Assembly (NCBI GenBank): GCA_965153285.1
Contig: OZ229119.1
Reading direction: 5' to 3' (one strand)
DNA from: Podarcis tiliguerta
Lineage: Eukaryota
DNA: 64,000 nt
A program made the position numbers and the translations under genes. Numbering within the stretch: the stretch's first letter is position 1; each line of letters starts with the position of its first letter. Shown here one piece after another: positions 57,701-64,000 of the stretch. Below the pieces are notes generated by a model, which worked only from the letters and a program-made list of their open reading frames with translations, had not been told where the DNA came from and made no database searches.

Positions 57701-60700
57701 AACCTATGTTGAGATCTTTTGATGACTTTTGCACCATTTTGCTTTAAAATATTTTTAAAAATTAAGCACATCTTGCAAAATACTTGTCTCTGAAAGTAGC
57801 CCCCCTTTGTCTTTTGTATGGCATAATTTCATGAAGTTATTCACTCAGAGCCTGCAATCAGATTAAATTAGAAAAATGTTTATCAAAATCTCTTATCCAG
57901 TCTCCATTATTTCCTGAAAGCATGCCGCTAATGACTTCATGAAATTATGAATATGATTGGATTGTATCTTTCAAAAAAAAGGTCATCTCATTTGCCCAAG
58001 GCCTTCTACGTCCTCAATGGACTCCTCTTTCCTCTTCTTATATGCCCCCCAGCCCCTCAATCTTCAGAAGGGGAAACCCAGAATCGATTGAGGGAGCATG
58101 GGGGGAGGAAAGAGAGAGAAAGATCCATTGAGCAAGCAAAAGTCCTTGTGTGAATAGGACAACCTTGCTGGATACAAACCCTAAAGGCTGATCCACACGT
58201 CCTCTTTCCCCCTGCCCAGAAAGCACAGGCCCAAGTGGTTTTCCGCTTGTCCCGTGCTTTCTAGGCACAGGTCCGAGCAGTTTTCAGTCCCATTCCCCCC
58301 CCCCCACTGCTTTCCCCTGGAAAAGCTGCTCTTTAGTGCTGATTCAGAGCAAACGTCAATCTATGGAAAACCCAATTGACATTTGCTCCAATTCAGCGGT
58401 AAATAGTGTGTTTTTTTCCTGGGGAAAGTGGCAGGACAAGCAGATGTCTGGCTGATCCTTCAGTCTTTGCTGCCTTGACAGCAATCTACTACTTTAGAAA
58501 ACAAGGAACTTTGCTGACTTCCAACTCTGCTTGGAAGTACCAGTTGGAAACTGCACTGGATCAATTCTTCATCTGATTCATTGGACCTCGAATGAACATT
58601 ACATCCTGAGACTATTTGGAAATAGTAGGTCTTTGCTTAGTACAACTATGATCTGCTCGAATTTAATTTGTTCTCCTCAGTGTTCTTATTGACAAGGAGT
58701 TGCTTTTATAGTAGGGATGGGGAAACAGTAGCCCTTCGTGTCTTGTTGAACTCCAATTCCCATCAGGACCAGGCAGCATGACCAATAGCCAGGGATGATA
58801 AGAACTGTAATCCAACAACATCTGGAAGGCAGAAGGTCCCCAGTCCTGTTTCAAAGCATTAATAGCAGTAGGTGGAGATGGTTGTAGAGATTCTCTGATA
58901 CAAGAGCCAAGTGTTCCTACTTGGGTCTTGTATCAGAGTAATGCTGGTCTTACACATTTTCATACCAGAAAGAAAATGGCAGAATGGCACACCTTACTAT
59001 CACCCACTGCTTTTAAAAGTGGAAGAGGTCTTTCAACAAACAAACAAACAAACAAACGAAAATTATGCCCTTCTAGAATTTGCTTGCAACTTATTAATTT
59101 AGCTCCATGATAAAGGGACCTGTTAACTTCCTATTTTAGCTGTACACTTTTCAAGAAATTCAAAATTTCTTGGATAAAACTGTTCTATTGGACAAAGTGT
59201 ATTAGTACACGGTTGTAGATTTGCACATTTTCAGGTTGCATAGGATTCTGTAGGCAAAAAAGAAGAGTATATTTGCAATTTGGAAACTTGCTGCTTTACC
59301 TTGCCAGCCAATGGACGTTGTCATCTAGAGCTTGTTAGATCACTGACAATCCTATTTGTGATTGAAACTTTCAAAATCCTATCTGATGCAGAAATTATCA
59401 CAGGTTGTTGCTGCTATTGTTCATCCTTTTGTTTTTCCCCAGGTTGGCCTTCATTCTATGATGTGATGGCTTCTGACAGAATTACATTCACTGATGACTA
59501 CTCCTACGGGATGCACAGGGTTGAGACAAGCTGCAGTCAGGTCAGTTCAGACACAAAGAGGTCATTCTCATGTTAAAAGGTTGCCGAAACCGTAGTGTGT
59601 GTAGTTTCTTTACATCTGAAGTTCTGCAAAATTCTTAGTTGCCAAAAAGACTCATTAGGGTTGCATGATGAGCCACAGGCATGACAGCTGGTGGATAAAA
59701 ACGAAAGTCAAAGTGCTAATGAGAATCTCTATTGTTATCTAGGTTAAGCATTATTTAACAGAGCATGTATAAATGACATCAGAGGGCTGTAGCCTACAGA
59801 AATGGTTTTCCAGGAAGGCATCTCTTCAAAGTTCACCTCTGAACTCTGTTCTCTTAAGCCTAAATGCAGATAGTCTAGACGAACATTGAATTGACTCTAT
59901 ATCTGCAGATTCCATCACAGAGCATTTGCTGAGGAACACTAGTGACAATGCTCAGGGTATCTTTCCGGCCACCTCTACGTCCCATCTGCCCAAATCAGCA
60001 AGTGAATAATAATACCAGACACTTGTCAGTTTCCCATTATCTTTCTCATTCTGACTCCTTTCATTCTTTGTCATCGCCAGCCTTCTGTGGCCTTAATGGC
60101 TCAGTTCTAACTAACTTATCAGGGGAGAAGGGTTGTTGACCTGGCAGTTAGTGGAGGAAACGCTTGGCTAACCTGCAGCTAGTTTCTTCCACTGAGAATG
60201 CACCAGTTTTAATCAGAACTTAAAGTCTGATCTCCTGCTTTGTTTGCTTTAGACCAACTGGGAATCTGGAAGAAAATTGGGATAAATGAGCTCTCTGAAT
60301 AAGCAAGGGGCCAACATATTGTGTGGCCACTTTCAATTACTCTTTCCAGGAGGGTTTTTTTGGGGAAGAACTTTCAATCTGCTGCAAAACAGTGTTCAAT
60401 AGGTTAGTGCCCAGCTATATCTAGATTGAAATGATATCTGAGATCAAAGCCATAGTTGTATTTGTATTCAGTGGTATACTGCACTTAAACAGGTAAACTT
60501 TTAATCATACGGTGGTACCTCAGGTTAAGTACTTAATTTGTTCTGGAGGTCTGTTCTTAACCTGAAACTGTTCTTAACCTGAAGCACCACTTTAGCTAAT
60601 GGGCCACCGCCGCACGATTTCTGTTCTCATCCTGAAGCAAAGTTCTTTACCTGAGGTAATATTTCTGGGTTAGCGGAGTCTGTAACCTGAAGCGTATGTA

Positions 60701-63700
60701 ACCTGAAGAGTATGTAAGCCGAGGTACCACAGTATTTGTATTAATGTCACTTTATAATTAGATGTTTGCCTGTTTCTGGGATTTGTGTTTTGCCTTTCAC
60801 TGCAAACAAGTCCCGAGGCAGCTCACAATAATATCAAGTAGTAAATTATACTAAAACTTTTCTTACTTTTAACAACAAAAAGCCCTTTAGTGATAGCATA
60901 TATTTATTGAAGATCTCTGGAATTTCTGGTGCTGTTCTGCATCTGCTATTTTTATTTTATTCTCTGTTTCTGGTTTTATGCTGTGTTACGTTTTATGGTT
61001 CTGTTATATTATTTGCATATATGGCTTGCAGCTTTTATTGTAAGCCACCCAGAGAACTTTTTTTTTTTTTAATGGAGGAGGGGGGGTTGAAATGCAACAA
61101 ATAAGTAAATAAATAAAATACAGTATTAAAACAACAACCGGTGAATAAAAGCAGCATACCAGTATACCAGTATATGTGGCTTGTGTCCTCCCCATAGTCA
61201 TTACCACACCATACAATGCATCCATTATTCAGTCATTTATTCCCATCTCCATGAGTCTAACAATATGAATCATACATCCAGCTGCAAAATGCTATTGTTT
61301 TATTACAAATCCGAATTGCATTGGGATTTTACTTGGTTAAAGCGGAGAGCAAAATCCTTTTATTTTATTTTTCCCCCTTTTAGGGGTGGGGGGCAGAAAC
61401 CAGCAGATGAAAAAATTAAGTACACTTCCCATAAACATTCTAACACCTGTTTTGCTCCTGTGTGAACATCTTCCTTTGGAATGTCATTGATTTAGGATAC
61501 AAATAAGTGCTTTGGAAGAAAATTGCCTCCCTATAAAACAAAAGCATCCTAAATATTGTCTGTGAAACAGCTTTCACGGTTTTGTTAGAAATACATCACT
61601 GTGGAAATATGAGAAAAGTCAAATATTTGTGACAAGAAAATGTTAATTGCAGGTGCACTTAGGGAGTAATGTGAAATTGGTTGCACATTCTTCCTTCCTT
61701 TCCTATTCAAGGGCTATTTCCCTTGGAGACCTCTGCAGCTATTACATTGTACCTGTAGAAGCCAATAACACTGTTTAATCACAAAAAAATGGGTTGCACA
61801 TTGATGTGCTGTGACTAAATCACTGGCAACCGTCTGCACAGATCTTACTTTATCTCATAGTAATGGGATTATTGTGTGTATAGTCAGAAACTCTGAGAGG
61901 TGAAATACGTTCTCAGTTGGCAGACAGCTAATTTCCATGTCCAAACCGGCATGTACAGTAGACAACATGGTTTGAGAACTGAATTCAGAATATGGCACAG
62001 TAGTCATATGCTTGTCTTACCAAACCAGTGTTCAGCTCATATGGCACAGTAAGTATGGGACAACTTGCACACTACACACTCATTGAGATATTCACACAAA
62101 TACATGTGCCGAATTCTCCGCAGTTCCAGATCCACTCAGCCCATGTCTACAGCGTGCCACTACGGTTGTATGAGTTGAGCGGTGACACAATTATCGCTCC
62201 TATCAGTTTGCAATCTCTCTATTTTCCTGCTTATGGTAAAGGCTGAAATTTTTTCAAACTCTCAGGATGGTAGTCAACTAAGGTTTACTCAAGGTAGACC
62301 TATTGAAATGACAGAACATGGCTAACTTAACTCCATTAATAGCAGTGGGTCTGCTCTGAGTAAAACTTAGTTGAATAGCACCCTGCAGCCCATTTTACAT
62401 AAATTAACCACCACCGTGGTGCCGACCTAAAGTTGCAGCTGTTTGGAGAGCCCACTGCCCCACCCTCACAGCTTCTCTTGAACATAGTGGTGCATTGGTG
62501 TGTGTGTGTGTGTGTTTGTAGTGTAGTGTAGTGTCCTGTGTTCCATGATCACCCCTGGGAAGCTGCATGGTCTTCATGCAGCTGTGACTACAAGACCTCT
62601 CTTTGCATACGAGATTTTAGCAAGTATGAACTGAGCCTTCAGCAGAACTCCAGTGTGAAAATTATTTTATGTGCAGGCTACAAATGCAATTGATATAAGA
62701 TTGACCAATACTATGAGGCATCGCATTTCCGGGTTGATCAAGCTGATCAAGTTGAAGCAGGCTGAGGCAAAGAGTTATTTGGAAAAACGTGTGTTTTTTT
62801 TAAAGAGGGAAATTGGTCAGGCATCCAATAGCTGCTTAACTTCTTTCACATTGGAGTATCAGAAGAAAATTACGGCCATTACCGGGTAACTTTCTGCAAG
62901 AAAATGTAGAGGTAGTAGACTGAAACCACACTTCATACATGTGTATTTGTCTGCCATTCCAGAAATTCCCTTCTGTTGTGATTCTTGCTTTGTTTCTTTA
63001 TTCCTGATTGATCACTTGTTTGCCCTGTGGTATCTTCAGTATTTTAAGTTTGCTTCACAGTGTCTTGTTACTGGAGTTCAAAGGCCCTGGAGGGAAAATG
63101 ACTCGGATAACAACACCTGGGAACTCTCTTCTAAGAATTTGCTTACAGATGGACAAGGTGTTTCCCCCCAACATGAGTCACAGAAGCATTAACAAGTATT
63201 TGTAACCTGAAAGTTACATGTTTGATTAGACAAATTCTTTTTGCCTAGCATGTGTACATCATTCTTTGGATTCTTCTTCCATGACCTGAGCTGACTTCAA
63301 AAGCTGTTAGAAAGTTTTTGCTACAAGGAAAAGATTAAGCCCGTGCAAACTTGCTCCTTTCTGGCCTTGTGGGCTCACTCTTGCACCCACTTTTATTTCA
63401 GTTGCCAGTCTTTTTTTAAAAAAACGTTTAAATAATTTTATTATGAAGAATTCAAATCATTAAACACATTTGCAATGCTTTACCTCCTGATTAAATTTTG
63501 CAATGCTTTACCTCCTGATTAAATTTAAACTTCAAAATGAAGCCCGTATCTGTGACTCTCAAAGCGAAGCCCATATACTATTACAGGTTGTTGTTTTTAA
63601 AAGTGTTTTCATTATACTTATTGATACTTACTAATGAATACAAATTATGCTCTTCCATTTCAGTGTGGTGCTCACCTTGGACATATTTTTGATGATGGGC

Positions 63701-63828
63701 CTCGTCCATCTGGCAAACGATACTGCATAAATTCAGCTTCATTGTCTTTTGAGTCTGCAGACAAGAACCATGCTGGAGAAGGAAGCATGAGCGCAACTTC
63801 TGCCCAACCAGACAAGACAGAGCTGTAG
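9382..63828 (+). CDS. MSRB3: MSRB3 methionine-R-sulfoxide reductase B3 (ER form 182 aa; mitochondrial form 184 aa)
   Basis: Shared exons splice to [134 protein letters not shown]...DKTEL*. Features: two Zn-binding CxxC motifs, GWPSF, HLGHIF, catalytic RYCINS, C-terminal KTEL. Confidence 0.97.
9731..9926. mobile_element. Short unclassified non-autonomous DNA element
   Basis: Diverged reverse-complement copy at 37041-37229 (shared ...ggcattgccattcaaatgg..., gggcggggct, caagttg(g/t)caccc). Confidence 0.5.
12560..13098 (+). mobile_element. RTE-BovB LINE, 5'-truncated 3' fragment
   Basis: Open frame [48 protein letters not shown]...[15 protein letters not shown]...[20 protein letters not shown]...[13 protein letters not shown] (BovB ORF C-terminus) with a (CAA)n tail. 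Confidence 0.93.
14330..14450. mobile_element. Palindromic hAT-like MITE (one end lost)
   Basis: ggccctccagatgttttgggactacaactcccatcatcc...ggatgatgggagttgtagtcccaaaacatctggagggcc...ctatgcctg; same family as 36441 and 40426. Confidence 0.8.
15313..15670 (-). mobile_element. Sauria SINE, full length (subfamily B)
   Basis: AAAGGTAAAGGT tail on left, ...CCCGCGTCCC head on right; perfect 13-bp TSD gtaggctatatta (15301-15313 / 15671-15683). Confidence 0.9.
17307..17346. repeat. (GT)n + (TA)n microsatellite
   Basis: Direct reading. Confidence 0.9.
17555..17710 (+). mobile_element. Old MIR/CORE-like SINE remnant
   Basis: ggcaag...tacct...agggttgttgtaagg...taaagcact...tatataaatgctaag is typical of the CORE/L2-derived tail. 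Confidence 0.45.
18387..18705 (+). mobile_element. Sauria SINE (subfamily A), slightly 5'-truncated, with internal deletion
   Basis: gtgggttaaaccacagagcc...tttacctttaccctttacctt; TSD cttgtgcta. Confidence 0.88.
19895..20493 (+). mobile_element. Diverged L2 LINE 3' fragment, interrupted by a BovB insertion
   Basis: ttacactggcttcc (LHWLP), caattcaaagtgcttg, aaagccttaaatggc, tgtggaatgttcttcc; ends in a (GAAT)n tail. Confidence 0.7.
19996..20084 (-). mobile_element. 89-bp BovB 3' end insertion
   Basis: gttgttgtttagtc...cgactcttcgtgaccccatggaccagagcacg; perfect 12-bp TSD caggactgcaat (19984-19995 / 20085-20096). Confidence 0.88.
20838..20852 (+). promoter_or_regulatory. Candidate CTCF site
   Basis: CCACTAGGTGGTGCT, one mismatch to CCASYAGRKGGCRS. 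Confidence 0.55.
21062..21173 (+). CDS. MSRB3: Candidate alternative N-terminal coding exon of MSRB3 (acceptors before 21030 or 21045)
   Basis: ATG...CTA G|gtaatt; 37 stop-free codons + 1 nt ([37 protein letters not shown]), in phase with the exon at 31406; pyrimidine-rich acceptor upstream. No expression evidence available. Confidence 0.5.
21688..21913 (+). mobile_element. Tc1/mariner (Tigger/pogo-like) MITE
   Basis: TA|CAGTGGTACCTCGGGTTA...TAACCCGAGGTACCACTG|TA: TIRs with TA TSD; three further copies in the window. Confidence 0.88.
23661..23736 (+). CDS. MSRB3: MSRB3 cassette exon (23610-23736, 127 bp), coding part: mitochondrial presequence
   Basis: actcag|CTCTTG...ATG TCT GCA TTC...CCC TCA G|gttgaa; [25 protein letters not shown] matches the recalled N-terminus of human mitochondrial MsrB3. 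Confidence 0.93.
24068..24265. mobile_element. Partial Tc1/mariner-type MITE (different family)
   Basis: Starts TA|CAGTCGTACCT; CpG-rich, with internal palindrome gcttctgattggctgcagg...cctgcagccaatcggaagc; second TIR not found. Confidence 0.55.
24766..24780 (+). promoter_or_regulatory. Candidate CTCF site
   Basis: CCAGTAGATGGCACT, perfect match to CCASYAGRKGGCRS. Confidence 0.6.
26347..26700 (-). mobile_element. Sauria SINE (subfamily A), inserted in an old L2-like remnant (~26200-27050)
   Basis: aaaggtaaaggtacccctgacc...ggctctgtggtttagaccacagcgcca; flanks contain aagctgcagctggtgcagaac and gcactggcttcc L2-like motifs. Confidence 0.85.
27393..27427. repeat. (TTA)n microsatellite
   Basis: Direct reading. 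Confidence 0.9.
29675..29894 (-). mobile_element. RTE-BovB LINE 3' fragment
   Basis: Minus [42 protein letters not shown]...[18 protein letters not shown]; flanking repeat tgaggtgt. Confidence 0.9.
31406..31514 (+). CDS. MSRB3: MSRB3 shared exon (109 bp)
   Basis: ctgcag|GG TCA CGT AGG...GAG AG|gtaagg; [36 protein letters not shown]. Confidence 0.96.
32236..32331 (+). mobile_element. SINE/CR1-tail fragment
   Basis: GGTTCGATCCC B-box followed by tggactaaatgatcctcagggtcc...caactct...attctatgattct. Confidence 0.55.
32386..32850 (-). mobile_element. L2-clade LINE 3' fragment (young, open frame)
   Basis: Minus [44 protein letters not shown]...[14 protein letters not shown] plus microsatellite tail. 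Confidence 0.88.
33732..33997. mobile_element. Tc1/mariner-superfamily MITE
   Basis: TA|CCGTATTGGCCTGAATATAA...TTATATTCAGGCCAATATGG|TA; internal GCGGCTTA repeats. Confidence 0.85.
34814..34891 (+). CDS. MSRB3: MSRB3 shared exon (78 bp)
   Basis: ttctag|T GCC TTT GAA...TTC AA|gtgagt; [27 protein letters not shown] (first CxxC). Confidence 0.96.
36269..36295. repeat. (CA)n microsatellite
   Basis: Direct reading. Confidence 0.9.
36441..36567. mobile_element. Palindromic hAT-like MITE
   Basis: CAGGCATAGGCAAACTCCGGCCCTCCAGATG...CATCTGGAGGGCCGGAGTTTGCCTATGCCTG; 8-bp TSD tagtagat/tggtagat. Confidence 0.88.
37041..37229. mobile_element. Short unclassified DNA element (inverted relative of 9731-9926)
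   Basis: Begins CAGGGGTGACAACTTG; colinear with the reverse complement of 9731-9926. Confidence 0.5.
38397..38465. repeat. (GT)n...(CA)n microsatellite pair
   Basis: gtgtgt...gcgtgcgcatatgtatataaacacacacac; self-complementary arrangement. Confidence 0.85.
39315..39343 (+). CDS. MSRB3: MSRB3 shared 29-bp mini-exon
   Basis: long polypyrimidine tract ttttag|A TCA GAA ACA AAG TTT GAC TCC AAT TCA G|gtatgt; (K)SETKFDSNS(G). Confidence 0.93.
40426..40563. mobile_element. Palindromic hAT-like MITE
   Basis: CAGGCATAGGCAAACT...AGTTTGCCTATGCCTG; 8-bp TSD accaggga/acctggga. Confidence 0.88.
40900..41001. repeat. Perfect 51-bp tandem duplication
   Basis: tagatggaagagatgcctagtagcttcttcaaacatggcctatggtcttcc x2. 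Confidence 0.93.
41020..41650. mobile_element. Probable non-autonomous hAT-type DNA transposon
   Basis: CpG-rich insert beginning CAGGGCCATCTT, with an imperfect inverted end (AAGACAGCGCTT), flanked by the direct repeat gcagggca. Confidence 0.5.
42666..42915 (-). mobile_element. L2 fragment with expanded (AAT)n tail and internal deletion
   Basis: (AAT)n 42666-42727 abuts tatactgggctgaggccgtttaggg..., the same sequence as 1815-1980. Confidence 0.8.
43317..44720 (-). mobile_element. Degraded RTE-clade LINE (non-BovB), internally deleted
   Basis: Minus-strand peptides [11 protein letters not shown]...[19 protein letters not shown] (pre-RT) and [20 protein letters not shown] (C-terminal SRIGL zinc-knuckle-like motif); (GAA)n tail. 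Confidence 0.8.
47533..47896 (+). mobile_element. Sauria SINE, full length (subfamily B)
   Basis: GGGACGCGGGTGGCACTG...GGTTCGAATCCC...GGGGTACCTTTACCTTTACCTT; TSD taaggaaa. Confidence 0.9.
48185..48403 (+). mobile_element. CR1 LINE 3' fragment
   Basis: ggaagaactttctg...cagtggaacag...gggagttggactcggtgaccctt...caactctacgattctgt. Confidence 0.65.
51402..51753 (+). mobile_element. Sauria SINE, full length (subfamily A)
   Basis: GGGACACGGGTGGCACTG...GGGGTCCCTTTACCTTT; imperfect TSD tata(c/t)ataca(t/c)g. Confidence 0.9.
53521..53735 (-). mobile_element. Tigger/pogo-like MITE
   Basis: TA|CAGTGGTACCTCGGGTTA...CCCGAGGTACCACTG|TA; inverted relative to the 21688 copy. Confidence 0.88.
55125..55347 (-). 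mobile_element. Tigger/pogo-like MITE
   Basis: TA|CAGGGTACCTCAGGTTA...GAGGTACCACTG|TA. Confidence 0.87.
59443..59540 (+). CDS. MSRB3: MSRB3 shared exon (98 bp)
   Basis: ccccag|GT TGG CCT TCA TTC...AGT CAG|gtcagt; [33 protein letters not shown]. Confidence 0.96.
60510..60732 (-). mobile_element. Tigger/pogo-like MITE
   Basis: TA|CGGTGGTACCTCAGGTTA...GAGGTACCACAG|TA. Confidence 0.87.
63469..63524. repeat. Perfect 28-bp tandem duplication
   Basis: tttgcaatgctttacctcctgattaaat x2. Confidence 0.92.
63664..63828 (+). CDS. MSRB3: MSRB3 last coding exon (catalytic Cys, KTEL, TAG)
   Basis: tttcag|TGT GGT GCT CAC...ACA GAG CTG TAG; [54 protein letters not shown]. Confidence 0.97.
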   Translation, partial: CGAHLGHIFDDGPRPSGKRYCINSASLSFESADKNHAGEGSMSATSAQPDKTEL

Positions 63829-64000
63829 GAGGAAGATAGTTTCTCACAAAGCTTATTTTCCTAGATGACTCTTAAAGAATGTTATTCTAAATTGCCTTCT
63901 ACCTTATATGTTAAAAAGAAAACCACAAAACCTTTTAGGGATATTCTGCACTATCAGTTTTTTTGTGTATCAAAACGAGGCCTTGTGTGTGCCAATGTAT

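Noticed and set aside
63724-63726. Possible selenoprotein MsrB
   Set aside because: The catalytic codon is TGC (Cys) in RYCINS; the gene is MSRB3, not the Sec-containing MSRB1. The 3' UTR is mostly outside the window, so no SECIS can be assessed.

Overview
Vertebrate genomic DNA from a squamate reptile, probably a lacertid lizard, judged from its Sauria-SINE, BovB, L2 and CR1 repeats. It carries two intron-containing genes on the + strand in the conserved LEMD3-MSRB3 order. (1) The 3' part of LEMD3/MAN1: nine coding exons (458-5279, equivalent to exons 5-13), one non-canonical GC-AG intron, and a ~1.9 kb 3' UTR. (2) The complete coding structure of MSRB3 (9382-63828): a CpG-island first exon encoding an ER signal peptide, a 127-bp cassette exon encoding the mitochondrial presequence, and five shared exons ending in KTEL. 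The rest is intron with many retroposon fragments and short DNA-transposon MITEs, plus a 200-N assembly gap in the MSRB3 promoter. Most notable: a candidate third MSRB3 N-terminal exon (21030/21045-21173) with its own ATG, the correct splice phase and a basic presequence-like peptide; strong CTCF motifs and nested inverted retroposon pairs bracketing the two alternative targeting exons; and a Cys->Arg change at one N-terminal (resolving) cysteine of MSRB3. Nearly all ORFs in the supplied track are noise or TE fragments. Exon boundaries were read by hand, and comparisons with human proteins are from memory, not from an alignment.
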